Shown piece after piece: positions 46,284-55,521 of a DNA stretch of 58,415 nt. The notes below the pieces were generated by a model. It did no database searches and was not told where the DNA came from. It was given only the letters and a program-made list of their open reading frames with translations. Made by a program: the position numbers and the translations under genes. Position 1 is the first letter of the stretch, and each line of letters opens with the position of its first letter. The stretch lies in NCBI GenBank assembly GCA_964350135.1, contig CAYGJN010000001.1:110-58524 (forward strand), in the 5' to 3' direction. Source of the DNA: an uncultured Bacteriovoracaceae bacterium (GTDB taxonomy: Bacteria; Bdellovibrionota; Bacteriovoracia; Bacteriovoracales; Bacteriovoracaceae).

Positions 46284-47294
46284 ATGGGTAAGATTCGTGT
46301 TGGTGTTAACGGAATGGGCAGAATAGGAAGAACCATTGTTAGAGAATGGATTTCTAGGAATCTAGCTGACTTTGAAATTGTTGCTGTTAACAATCCAGGC
46401 ATTACTTCTCAATACGTTCACTTAACTAAATATGATTCTGTTCATGGTGTTCACCCATCCCATATACGCTTAGAGGGAAATACTTTAAAGATTGATAATA
46501 AGAATATTCATTTTTTTAGTGAAATGGACCCAAGCAAGATTGCTTGGTCTGATCATAATGTTGATATTGTCATAGATGGAACAGGTGTTTTTAAAGATAA
46601 AAAGCAACTATCAAAGCATATTCAAGGAAGCGTAAAAAAAGTAATTATGTGTGCCCCTGGAAAAGACCTTGATGGTACTTTTGTTATGGGTATAAATCAT
46701 AAAGACTATAGTCCCTCTGACCATGATGTCATCTCAAATGCGAGTTGTACGACAAACTGTCTAGCTCCTGTTGCAAAAGTTCTCAATGATGTTTTTGGTA
46801 TTGAAAATGGATTTATGACTACAATTCATGCCTATACTTTAGATCAAATGACTCTTGATAGTTCTCACCCCGATCTTAGAAGGGCCAGAGCTGCTGCGAT
46901 CAATATGATCCCAACAACAACTGGTGCAGCCAAGGCAACTGGACTTGTTATTCCTGAGCTACTAGGAAAACTTGATGGTTATGCTGTTCGTGTTCCAACT
47001 GCCGATGTCTCCATGGTTGATCTTACTGTTAACCTTAAAAAAACTGCATCGATTGAAGAAATTAATAATGCTTTCAGAGAAGCCTCTGATAGTTCATTGA
47101 AAGATATACTTGGTTATTGTGACCTACCTCTTGTTTCTCAGGACTTTAGAGGAAGAAGAGAATCTTCTATCGTTGATAGCCAAATGACTCAAGTGATTGG
47201 CAATACTGCTAAGATTGTTTCTTGGTACGATAATGAAGTTGGTTTTTCAAACCGAGTTATTGATCTCGCTCAATATCTAGGGAGTAAATTTTAA
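46284..47294 (+). CDS. gap: Glyceraldehyde-3-phosphate dehydrogenase
   Basis: GVNGMGRIGR and SNASCTTNCLAP. Confidence 0.95.
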   Translation: MGKIRVGVNGMGRIGRTIVREWISRNLADFEIVAVNNPGITSQYVHLTKYDSVHGVHPSHIRLEGNTLKIDNKNIHFFSEMDPSKIAWSDHNVDIVIDGTGVFKDKKQLSKHIQGSVKKVIMCAPGKDLDGTFVMGINHKDYSPSDHDVISNASCTTNCLAPVAKVLNDVFGIENGFMTTIHAYTLDQMTLDSSHPDLRRARAAAINMIPTTTGAAKATGLVIPELLGKLDGYAVRVPTADVSMVDLTVNLKKTASIEEINNAFREASDSSLKDILGYCDLPLVSQDFRGRRESSIVDSQMTQVIGNTAKIVSWYDNEVGFSNRVIDLAQYLGSKF

Positions 47295-48478
47295 TGGCCC
47301 TTAAGACAATCAACTCAGCTGACTTTAAATCTAAAAAAGTTATTGCTCGATTTGATTTTAATGTACCTCTTAAGGACGGACAGATTGCTGACCCCACAAG
47401 AATTGAGAGGGCCCTACCAACGATCAATGCTATTTTAGAAGGTGGTTGCTCCAAATTAATTCTTATGAGTCACCTTGGCAGACCTAAGGGAGAATTTGCA
47501 AAAGAGCTAAGCCTTGAGCCCGTTGCAACATATCTCGCTTCTAAACTTGGTGAAGAAGTTATTTTATCTGGGTCCTGCACAGACTCTTCTCTTGTACAAC
47601 TTCTAAGGCTTAATACAACTAAAATTGTACTCCTAGAAAATTTACGCTTTCATCCTGAAGAAAAAAATAACGACTCAAAGTTTGCTAAAACTTTAGCAAG
47701 CTATGCAGACATATATGTGAATGATGCTTTTGGTACTGCTCATAGAGAGCATGCTTCCACCCATAAAATAAATGCTTTCTTTCCAAAGACTAATTATGCA
47801 GGCCTTCTCCTTATGAAAGAAGTTGAAAGTTTGTCACGGATTATAAAAAATCCGCAGCAACCATTTATGGCCATTATTGGTGGAGCAAAAGTAAGTGATA
47901 AGATTAAAACCCTTGAAGCCCTTCTTCCAAAAGTTGCTAAGCTTTTTATTGGTGGAGCCATGGCCTACCCATTTTTAAAGGCTCAAGGTATTAATACTGG
48001 AAAAAGTCTTTGCAGTGACACTGATGTTGAACTTGCTCAAAAAATTTTAAAGCAAGATAAAGGGAATAAAATTATTCTCCCACTTGATCATCTTGCAAGT
48101 ACCTCTATCGAGGGTGCACCCCAAACTATTAACTCTCAAGAGATACCAGGTAATCTTATGGCCCTTGATATCGGGCCAAGAACTCTAGAACTTTTTCAAA
48201 AAGAACTGAGTACGGCAAAGACAGTTTTTTGGAACGGTCCCATGGGTCTTTTTGAAAATAAAGAATTTGCCCAAGGCACTTTTTCCGTGGCCAAAATTCT
48301 AAGTGAATCAAATGCTTTTTCAGTGGTAGGTGGTGGAGATAGTGTTAGTGCTGTTAATAAGTCAGGGTTAGCTAGTAAAATATCTCATGTCTCAACAGGA
48401 GGCGGTGCAACCCTTGAATATATCGAAAAGGGAGACCTTCCAGGAATACGCGCATTAAGTTTTGGAGTAGAACTATGA
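47294..48478 (+). CDS. pgk: Phosphoglycerate kinase
   Basis: RFDFNVPL, MSHLGRPKG, GGGDSVSAV, STGGGA. Confidence 0.95.
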   Translation: MALKTINSADFKSKKVIARFDFNVPLKDGQIADPTRIERALPTINAILEGGCSKLILMSHLGRPKGEFAKELSLEPVATYLASKLGEEVILSGSCTDSSLVQLLRLNTTKIVLLENLRFHPEEKNNDSKFAKTLASYADIYVNDAFGTAHREHASTHKINAFFPKTNYAGLLLMKEVESLSRIIKNPQQPFMAIIGGAKVSDKIKTLEALLPKVAKLFIGGAMAYPFLKAQGINTGKSLCSDTDVELAQKILKQDKGNKIILPLDHLASTSIEGAPQTINSQEIPGNLMALDIGPRTLELFQKELSTAKTVFWNGPMGLFENKEFAQGTFSVAKILSESNAFSVVGGGDSVSAVNKSGLASKISHVSTGGGATLEYIEKGDLPGIRALSFGVEL

Positions 48479-49218
48479 GAGACACCTATATTGTTGGTAA
48501 TTGGAAAATGAATCAGAGCCTCAGCTCTATTAACGAGTTTTTTACTGAAATCCAAACTCTTAAGCTTTCTACCAATGTTCATGGATGGATCGCACCACAG
48601 GCAATGCATCTTTCTACTTGTATCAATCTAGGCGCAAAACTAGGGATTAAGATAGGTTCTCAAACTTGTTCTGAGTTTGATGACGGAGCCTACACAGGTG
48701 AGCTTAGTTGTTCATCTTTAAAGGATCTTGGAGTTCACTTCACACTTGTTGGGCACTCGGAAAGAAGAACAATTTTCGATGAATCCCATAAAGTCCTTAA
48801 TGAAAAAACTAAAAAGGCCTTAACAAACGATCTTATATGTATTTTTTGTGTTGGGGAGACACTTGAACAAAGGGAAGCTGACCAAACGTTTAAAGTAGTT
48901 GAAGAGCAAATAATTCAAGGCCTTAAGGATTGTACTCAGGACAATATCCTTATAGCCTATGAGCCTGTTTGGGCCATTGGTACTGGAAAGACAGCAACGC
49001 CAGAACAGGCCAATGAGGTCCATGGGTTTATTAGAAACCTAGTTCAGGAAAAGCTCGGATGGGATGGAGAGAAACAAATTATTCTCTACGGTGGCTCTGT
49101 GAAACCAGCTAATATTGCTGAATTATTGAGCTGTGAGCATATAGACGGCGGGCTTGTAGGTGGTGCCAGTCTTAAATCATCTGATTTCAAGCAATTAACT
49201 GAAGCCTCACAGTCCTAA
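48475..49218 (+). CDS. tpiA: Triosephosphate isomerase
   Basis: VGNWKMN, LVGHSERR, YEPVWAIGTG. Confidence 0.95.
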   Translation: MRDTYIVGNWKMNQSLSSINEFFTEIQTLKLSTNVHGWIAPQAMHLSTCINLGAKLGIKIGSQTCSEFDDGAYTGELSCSSLKDLGVHFTLVGHSERRTIFDESHKVLNEKTKKALTNDLICIFCVGETLEQREADQTFKVVEEQIIQGLKDCTQDNILIAYEPVWAIGTGKTATPEQANEVHGFIRNLVQEKLGWDGEKQIILYGGSVKPANIAELLSCEHIDGGLVGGASLKSSDFKQLTEASQS

Positions 49219-49278
49219 ATATTGCCAGTTGGCGGTTGGCGCGTTATAAAACTAGCCTAAGTTTTAAAGGATTTTCAC

Positions 49279-49632
49279 ATGATTAATGCACTCACAATTG
49301 TTCACGTTATTGTATCTGTTCTTTTGATTATTGTTATCTTGTTACAATTTGGTCGTGGTGCTGAAGCTGGTTTTTTTAGTGATACATCTGCACAGGGAGT
49401 TTTCTCAGGTCCAGGGCCAGCAAATCTTCTTACAAAAATAACAACTTTTCTTGCAATCCTTTTTTTAGGACTTGCGATTGTTCTAGCAAATCTTCGAGGT
49501 CATAATAGAGACAAGTCTATCTTCGATGAAAATATGACGAATGCTGCCTCTTCACCATTGAATGCTCAGCCTGATACAATCAGTCCTGTTAAAAAAGAGC
49601 AAAGCAATGAAACAACAACTCCTAAGAAATAA
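49279..49632 (+). CDS. secG: Preprotein translocase subunit SecG
   Basis: LLQFGRGAEAG motif between two TM helices. Conserved position after tpiA. Confidence 0.75.
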   Translation: MINALTIVHVIVSVLLIIVILLQFGRGAEAGFFSDTSAQGVFSGPGPANLLTKITTFLAILFLGLAIVLANLRGHNRDKSIFDENMTNAASSPLNAQPDTISPVKKEQSNETTTPKK

Positions 49633-50766
49633 ATGAGTGTTTTAAACACGCTTGTAAAAAAAGAATTCGCTCATTTAGATACATTCTATTTTAATAGCGC
49701 TTATTTTGGTCCCAGCCCTTATAGAGCAAAACAAAAAGTAGCTAATGCTCTTTTTAAAGAATTAGATCCTTCATTTTATTCTTATAATATGTGGTACGGC
49801 ATTACAGATCGAATGCGCCAAAAAATTGCTAATTTATTAAATACCAGCGATGACAATATTACTTTCTCTGCCTCTGTCTCAGATTTAAATAATATTATTG
49901 CAAACGGTTACCCTTTTAAAAAAGGGGATGTGGTTTGTACTGTGGCCCAAGAGTACCCATCAAATGTCATTCCTTATATGTTGGCCGAAAAAAGAGAAGG
50001 CATTGAATTTAAAATGCTTACAAAAGAAGATTATACAGATGAAGCATTAAAGAAAGCGCTTCCTAAAAATACTAAGATCTTTATCATTAGTCATGTTGCT
50101 TATAATACTGGTAGAAGAATAGATTTAATTTCACTTGGTCGTTTTTTACGTTCCAGAGGAATCCTTTTTGTTGTTGATGTAACTCAAAGTCTTGGTGGAA
50201 TTGAGCTTTTACCTGAAGAAGTTGAGGCATGTGATGTTATTACATGTGCAGGATATAAATGGATGCTTGGACCCTATGGTATGAGCTATGGGTATTTTTC
50301 AAAAGAAGCTCAAGAGCTTATTCAGCATACTAATGGAAATTGGATAACAAGCCCAAACTCTAAAGATGTTTCAAACCTACTAGACTATACTATTGAAACT
50401 ATTCCTGGTGCTCGTAAGTATGACAGAGGACAAACTCCTAATATGCTTGCCATGGCCTGTCTGGAATCAGGTCTTGAAGTCATAACAGAGATTGGTCTTG
50501 ATAATATAGAAAAGCATAATAAAAAAATTCGTGATCATTTTTTAGCTAATTATCCTAAAGATAAGTTTGAACTTGTGACGCCAGGGGATCTGCTTGGCAA
50601 TATTATCTGTGTAAAGGGTAAAGGAATAGATACTAATGAGCTTGAGATTAATCTTAAGCATAATAATATTGATGTTTCTAATAGAGAAGGAAACCTAAGA
50701 CTTTCTTTTCATCTTTTTAATACGACTGAGCAAGTAGATACTCTTTTAAGAACACTAGATAGTTAA
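49633..50766 (+). CDS. Class V aminotransferase-fold PLP enzyme (cysteine desulfurase/selenocysteine lyase-like)
   Basis: VVDVTQSLG and PLP-lysine context CAGYKWMLGPYG. Confidence 0.7.
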   Translation: MSVLNTLVKKEFAHLDTFYFNSAYFGPSPYRAKQKVANALFKELDPSFYSYNMWYGITDRMRQKIANLLNTSDDNITFSASVSDLNNIIANGYPFKKGDVVCTVAQEYPSNVIPYMLAEKREGIEFKMLTKEDYTDEALKKALPKNTKIFIISHVAYNTGRRIDLISLGRFLRSRGILFVVDVTQSLGGIELLPEEVEACDVITCAGYKWMLGPYGMSYGYFSKEAQELIQHTNGNWITSPNSKDVSNLLDYTIETIPGARKYDRGQTPNMLAMACLESGLEVITEIGLDNIEKHNKKIRDHFLANYPKDKFELVTPGDLLGNIICVKGKGIDTNELEINLKHNNIDVSNREGNLRLSFHLFNTTEQVDTLLRTLDS

Positions 50767-52046
50767 CCTGTTTTTTTCTTTTGATGATCACCAATGGTGA
50801 TTTTCTCATTTCCACCTCCAGACTGATCATATGCAGGTTTCTTCTTTTTATGATCCATAAACGTTACTCGAGTTGATGGCTTTTCTTCGGGAGCTTGAGC
50901 GATATCTACTAAAGGCAATTCATCAAAAGGTCTTTCTGGATCAAAAGTTGCCGCCATCTCTTTAGTAACTTTATTAGTTTGAACGAATTTTTTAACAACT
51001 CGTTGGAAAATTTTAAATATAAAAGGGTCTACTTTTTTTCCGACAGTTCGACTCATTACATTTACTGCTTCTTGAATAGAAAGAACAGCTGCGTATGACC
51101 TCTTTGTTGTTACTGCATCAAAAAAATCAGCGACACAACAAATTCTTGCAAGCAAATGTATTTTATCCCCAGCAATTTTTTTAGGGTATCCAGTACCATC
51201 CCAGTTCTCATGATGCTCTAGAACAACACGCTCTATAACGGAGAATTCAATTCCTGGACATTGATCTCGTACTTCTTCTAATAGAAGAACTCCTTGCTCT
51301 GGATGTTTTTTTATTTCTCCAAATTCTTCTTCAGTAAGAGCACCAGTTTTGTTAATAATGCTTGTTGAAACTTTTACTTTTCCAATATCATGTAAAAGTC
51401 CACCTAGTCCTGCTTGAACTAATTCATATCGAGAAGCTCTAGGCTTTAATGCTTTAAAAATTGCAATACAATACATAGCCACATTAATAGAGTGGTCATA
51501 AGTATAAAAGTCATGAAAGCTTAAACTTCCAATAAGTTTTTGAAGTTCAGTAATATCATAATCCTGAATCACATCCACCATGCACTCAACACTGTCACGA
51601 CAACCGTTTAGAGTTTCTGCTAAAATTTCTGTATTAAACTCTTTGCCTTGTTCAAATAATTTATCTAAGTAATGAATAGCGGAGTCTTTGATCACATCCA
51701 CGCGCTCAACATCGGCCATGGTAAAATTACTCATAAGAGATTTTAGGTAACTAGATCGATGAAACTCAGGAATATATAATGTGTAATACTTGGCCTTAAG
51801 ACCTTTAAGATAATCTTTTTCTAGAGACTGTCCTTTTGGATAAATTTTAACAAACCGATCTCTACCTTCTCTTGTGGATGAGTTTACATAGAGGTCATAC
51901 GGCAGACCTATTCCCACTAAAATGAGATGATCCGGCACTGAAAAGAACTGGGACGAATCCGTTTTCACTAGCTTAATTTCCTTCGATCGATTTCGAGGTC
52001 TAAGAGGACCTCTTAGGGACTGTTCGGTGTGTAGCTGCAACATCAT
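50763..52046 (-). CDS. HD-GYP domain protein with an N-terminal sensory/unknown domain and a Lys-rich C-terminal tail
   Basis: GLLHDIGKV and LEHHENWDGTGYPKKI. Confidence 0.85.
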   Translation of the reverse strand: MMLQLHTEQSLRGPLRPRNRSKEIKLVKTDSSQFFSVPDHLILVGIGLPYDLYVNSSTREGRDRFVKIYPKGQSLEKDYLKGLKAKYYTLYIPEFHRSSYLKSLMSNFTMADVERVDVIKDSAIHYLDKLFEQGKEFNTEILAETLNGCRDSVECMVDVIQDYDITELQKLIGSLSFHDFYTYDHSINVAMYCIAIFKALKPRASRYELVQAGLGGLLHDIGKVKVSTSIINKTGALTEEEFGEIKKHPEQGVLLLEEVRDQCPGIEFSVIERVVLEHHENWDGTGYPKKIAGDKIHLLARICCVADFFDAVTTKRSYAAVLSIQEAVNVMSRTVGKKVDPFIFKIFQRVVKKFVQTNKVTKEMAATFDPERPFDELPLVDIAQAPEEKPSTRVTFMDHKKKKPAYDQSGGGNEKITIGDHQKKKTG

Positions 52047-52254
52047 TAACTCCTCATCAACATTTACTATTATGACAGACTTAAAAACTGTCTAAAAATA
52101 TCAGTAACTTAGAAGCCTTAAAGATCTAAATAAGCTTGATTTTGTCAAAAATTAGACTCAAATTTCCTTGAATTTTCCAGGTGTAGTTTTTATAGACTCC
52201 ATTGAGTGCCATCTGTCTAAAGGTAAAATGGATAAAATTGAACTAGGAATAGCT

Positions 52255-52731
52255 ATGAAATTTGCTCTGTTTTTTCTTTTCAGTATCTCTTTATCTTATG
52301 GATCTTTTGATATTCATAATCTTTCAATTCATCAACTTTCACTTATGGTTGACTCTATTGAGATAACTGAGGACATCAATATTGCTGCAAATAATATTTC
52401 TTTGGGTCTAGGTCTTCCTGAAAATCAAAGGTCTGAACAAAAAGGAAATTTTGGAAAGCTAATTTTAAATATAAATCCCGGCTATCCACATATTATACCT
52501 AAGGGCACAAGGTTTAAGATAAACTCAATCGCTCAAGAAAAAGGTATTGGTATTATTATATTAAACAATGCCCCTAGAATTATTAGCTCTATTATTTGTC
52601 TGGATCTTGAAAATATAAGACTTAAATTTGATGGTAAGGATCTTTTAGACTGTGAAGAGAACTCTAATTTTAAAATTATTTTTAATGACGATGCAGCTAT
52701 TCGAGCTGGAGAGCCCGCAGTTTTAAAGTAG
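52255..52731 (+). CDS. Hypothetical secreted protein
   Basis: Start taken at MKFALFFLFSISLSYG (signal peptide). The ORF-track start 52168 adds 29 non-hydrophobic residues. Confidence 0.45.
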   Translation: MKFALFFLFSISLSYGSFDIHNLSIHQLSLMVDSIEITEDINIAANNISLGLGLPENQRSEQKGNFGKLILNINPGYPHIIPKGTRFKINSIAQEKGIGIIILNNAPRIISSIICLDLENIRLKFDGKDLLDCEENSNFKIIFNDDAAIRAGEPAVLK

Positions 52732-52798
52732 ATATTTAAAATCTATCGCATTGGTATAAGAGCTAGGTTTAAATTTTTTTAATTTCATTTTTCATATT

Positions 52799-52830
52799 AA
52801 AAAGGCCCTTTTTCAAGAGCCTTTTTTTAT
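52799..52830. terminator. Putative bidirectional intrinsic terminator between the convergent 52255-52731 gene and ssb
   Basis: aaaggccc-tttttcaa-gagccttt stem-loop flanked by an A-run on the left and a T-run on the right. On the minus strand, AAAGGCUC/GGGCCUUU pairs over 8 bp including one G-U. Confidence 0.45.
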
Positions 52831-52847
52831 CTTTATTTAGTCATCGA

Positions 52848-53294
52848 CTAAAATGGAATATCATCAGCAGTGAAGTTAGCATCACTAGAAACATTATAGC
52901 TTTGATCAAGCATGCCAGGGTTTGCTTGAGCAGGAGCTTGTTGAGATCTTCCGGCACCAGCATCAGCAGCACCACCAATAAACTGAACAGTTTGTGCATT
53001 AATTTCAGTTGTGTATCTTTTTTGACCGTTTTTATCTTCCCAAGAACGAGTTGTAAGTTTTCCTTCAACGTATGCTTGGCGACCTTTTGTTAGGTATTGA
53101 TTACAAAGTTCAGCAAGCTTTCCCCAAACAACAATTCTATGCCATTCAGTACGCTCTTGCTTTTGACCACTCTTATCAGTCCAAGTTTCATTTGTAGCTA
53201 ATGAAAAACTACAAACTGCTGAACCACCTGCAGTGTACTTAAGTTCTGGCTCTTGCCCCAATCTTCCTAGAACAATCACTTTGTTCACGCTCAT
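52848..53294 (-). CDS. ssb: Single-stranded DNA-binding protein
   Basis: [34 protein letters not shown], and acidic tip DDIPF. Start at 53294 rather than the ORF-track 53324. Confidence 0.95.
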   Translation of the reverse strand: MSVNKVIVLGRLGQEPELKYTAGGSAVCSFSLATNETWTDKSGQKQERTEWHRIVVWGKLAELCNQYLTKGRQAYVEGKLTTRSWEDKNGQKRYTTEINAQTVQFIGGAADAGAGRSQQAPAQANPGMLDQSYNVSSDANFTADDIPF

Positions 53295-53405
53295 AAAATC
53301 TCCTTTCATTACTAAGTCATACAACGGTAAAAACGACCGAGTACTTTCGTCTCTTATTTATGCCGCTACATTATCAATAGCAAAAAGAAAAAGGAATTGG
53401 GATTT

Positions 53406-53915
53406 TTAAGTGTAAGGATTTATATCTGTTTCATAATGCTGAGACGGAACTTGAAAAGGATCCGGGGTAGAAACTGGTTTCTGCTCATCTGCGTTATTAG
53501 TTTCATCTTGTTTAGCTTCCCAAAAAGCAGCCACTTTTTTTCTTGCGACACGGACATCTCGTTTATACCAGGTAGCGTCAAAGCCACAATGGGGACATGG
53601 GATCTCTTTTCGAAAAAGCATTTTATGAATGCCTTCATAGAGGGCCCAAATAATAAACCATGTATAAACTACTTTAAACTCCATTAGTCCCCAGAGAACT
53701 AAAGAGCTCACAATACAAAGCATAAAAATATGAAGGTAATTAAGCGCACTTAGTTTTGATTTGTATTTTAAACCTCTTTCACTGCTACAAAGAGGGCAAA
53801 GAAAATTCGTCACTGGATTTTTTATTTTATAAACACGTTTAAATAATGAATCTTGGTTCATAGACATCCTCACATTCATTTTAGCCTGAAAAAGAGATCT
53901 GAATCTAGAGAGCAA
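53406..53915 (-). CDS. Hypothetical membrane protein with two CxxC pairs flanking TM helices
   Basis: CPLCSSE and CPHCGFD on either side of LHIFMLCIVSSLVLWGL / VVYTWFIIWALY. Preferred over the overlapping plus-strand ORF 53397-53687. Confidence 0.5.
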   Translation of the reverse strand: MLSRFRSLFQAKMNVRMSMNQDSLFKRVYKIKNPVTNFLCPLCSSERGLKYKSKLSALNYLHIFMLCIVSSLVLWGLMEFKVVYTWFIIWALYEGIHKMLFRKEIPCPHCGFDATWYKRDVRVARKKVAAFWEAKQDETNNADEQKPVSTPDPFQVPSQHYETDINPYT

Positions 53916-53943
53916 GATGATCTATATTAAGAAGAGCAATTCT

Positions 53944-55233
53944 CTACGGTACTGACCATTTGGAGGTTAGATGAGCAGATATAAGAGCAACATCCCCTGC
54001 ACTTAAAACACCATCGTAAACAAGAAGTTCTGCCACACTTCCACCAAATGGGTTTGTAGGTCCTCCACCATTATTCCAACTACCTAAATAATAGGCCCAT
54101 GTTGTCCCAGGAGTCCCAGCTGCCCCAATACCGTCTACAGACCCATTTATATATTGAGTCCCTGTAGAGAAATCACTTGAAGCCGCATGAAGATAATTTG
54201 TCGATGCAGATGCTGCAGAAGTAGCTATAACTGAGCTCGCACCGCTAAGAGTTGTAAAAAAATTTGAAGCAATGTCTTTATAAATAACAAAACGACTCGT
54301 ACCACTATCTCCACCGCCCCATACAGCTTGGGCACCCGCCAGAGTATCGTATCTATTGACGATAAAGACTGTAAGGCCACTTACACCGGAAAAGTAATTT
54401 CCATTAATTGATCCATTTGAAAGCTTATCGTTCACTCCATCAAATGTGACACCATGAAGACCTGTTCCAAAGGAGTTTTCTCCGTAAGTAGGAGCATTAG
54501 TTGCTTCTGTGTAATCGTATCCATTTCCACTTTTGTCTTTCCAGCAACCAACACTTTGAGCGTCAGCTGTCACAGGAGTTGTGGTGCAATCATTTGTTAT
54601 ATAAAGACTAGAAAGATCACTTGCATCTAACCAAACAGCAGGAGTTCCATAGTCGTATGGATTAAAATTTCCATCTCCACCAGTATCAAGATCTCCCCCT
54701 ACGCAATCAATAATTTGACTTGAAGAAATTGAACCCACTGATACAACAGCATTAAGATCGAACTCTCCGGGAGCTAGATCGAAGATGCCTTCAAAAACAA
54801 CTTGAGGTCTTCTAAAGTTTTCTTGATTGATTTCTTTAATATTTGAACAAGCAATATTTGAACCATCATCATCTTTAAATCCAAGAAGACGAATTGTTCT
54901 TTGAGCGCCGGATTTTACCAGCATTTCAAGATCATAAACCCCAGGTGATGCAACAGGAATAGTTCCACCTGAAACATTAAAGCCAAAACCACTGCCAGTA
55001 TTTACAGTACAAAACCCGTTTGGATCTTCGGGGTAATCAACTAGAATTCCAATGCAGTCAATATCACCAAGACCAGAATAAGCTGCACCGATGGCCCAGC
55101 CTGCACGATTCTCTGAGAGTTTTGAGTTATCAATTCTAAACTTAAGACGAGTGGTTTCTTCTTGAGAGCGCTCAGAGCATGTGACAAAAAGTAATGTGAA
55201 TAGAAGAAGAAATAATTTTTTCATCATATTCAT
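53944..55233 (-). CDS. Exported (possibly lipo-)protein with C-terminal LamG-like jelly-roll domain
   Basis: Signal peptide ending FVTC. WLDASD...CWKDKSGNGYDY...VTFDGVNDKL and the terminal SVAELLVYDGVLSAGDVALISAHLTSKW pattern of LamG_3 domains. Confidence 0.65.
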   Translation of the reverse strand: MNMMKKLFLLLFTLLFVTCSERSQEETTRLKFRIDNSKLSENRAGWAIGAAYSGLGDIDCIGILVDYPEDPNGFCTVNTGSGFGFNVSGGTIPVASPGVYDLEMLVKSGAQRTIRLLGFKDDDGSNIACSNIKEINQENFRRPQVVFEGIFDLAPGEFDLNAVVSVGSISSSQIIDCVGGDLDTGGDGNFNPYDYGTPAVWLDASDLSSLYITNDCTTTPVTADAQSVGCWKDKSGNGYDYTEATNAPTYGENSFGTGLHGVTFDGVNDKLSNGSINGNYFSGVSGLTVFIVNRYDTLAGAQAVWGGGDSGTSRFVIYKDIASNFFTTLSGASSVIATSAASASTNYLHAASSDFSTGTQYINGSVDGIGAAGTPGTTWAYYLGSWNNGGGPTNPFGGSVAELLVYDGVLSAGDVALISAHLTSKWSVP

Positions 55234-55260
55234 TTATTCATAAATAAAACGAAAATTCTA

Positions 55261-55410
55261 GTTGAGAGTGCCGCGCAGGCCCCTCGGCCTGCACGGTAGA
55301 CACTCGACGTGAGTGAAGAAATCTGAAGTGACGCTAATTAAGGTCGGAGGGTCGAAGCACTAACGTTCCGCTTTAAATCTCCGTTCGACCCGACGGAGCT
55401 CCAGACCCCC
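55261..55410 (-). ncRNA. GC-rich structured non-coding element (candidate cis-regulatory leader or sRNA, class unknown; strand uncertain)
   Basis: 87/150 G+C by hand count in a visibly AT-rich window, with no ORF. Several long complementary segments and two mutually exclusive pairings (see finding). Confidence 0.5.
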
Positions 55411-55521
55411 TCTATACTTCAATATCGATACCAATTCTGGACTAACTGTCAGTTCTATATTTCAATGAGTTGTAGAGAACTAGACAACACTACAGGGTCA
55501 AAACTTTGTTATAAGGTTCGA

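Noticed and set aside
46211-46402. 63-aa minus-strand ORF overlapping the gap start, and similar ORFs at 47257-47454 and 48385-48609
   Set aside because: They are antisense to the gap, pgk and tpiA genes, which carry canonical active-site motifs.
53397-53687. 96-aa plus-strand ORF
   Set aside because: It is completely overlapped by the longer minus-strand ORF 53406-53915. That ORF has coherent TM helices and paired CxxC motifs and is co-oriented with ssb.
55379-55403. tRNA/tmRNA-like 3' end (stem, TTCGA-containing loop, then GAGCTCCA, reminiscent of the AGCUCCACCA end of tmRNA)
   Set aside because: The loop is 6-10 nt rather than a 7-nt T-loop. There is no matching acceptor 5' strand, D-arm or anticodon arm. 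A ~350-nt tmRNA would have to overlap the well-supported LamG gene. No ACCA follows.
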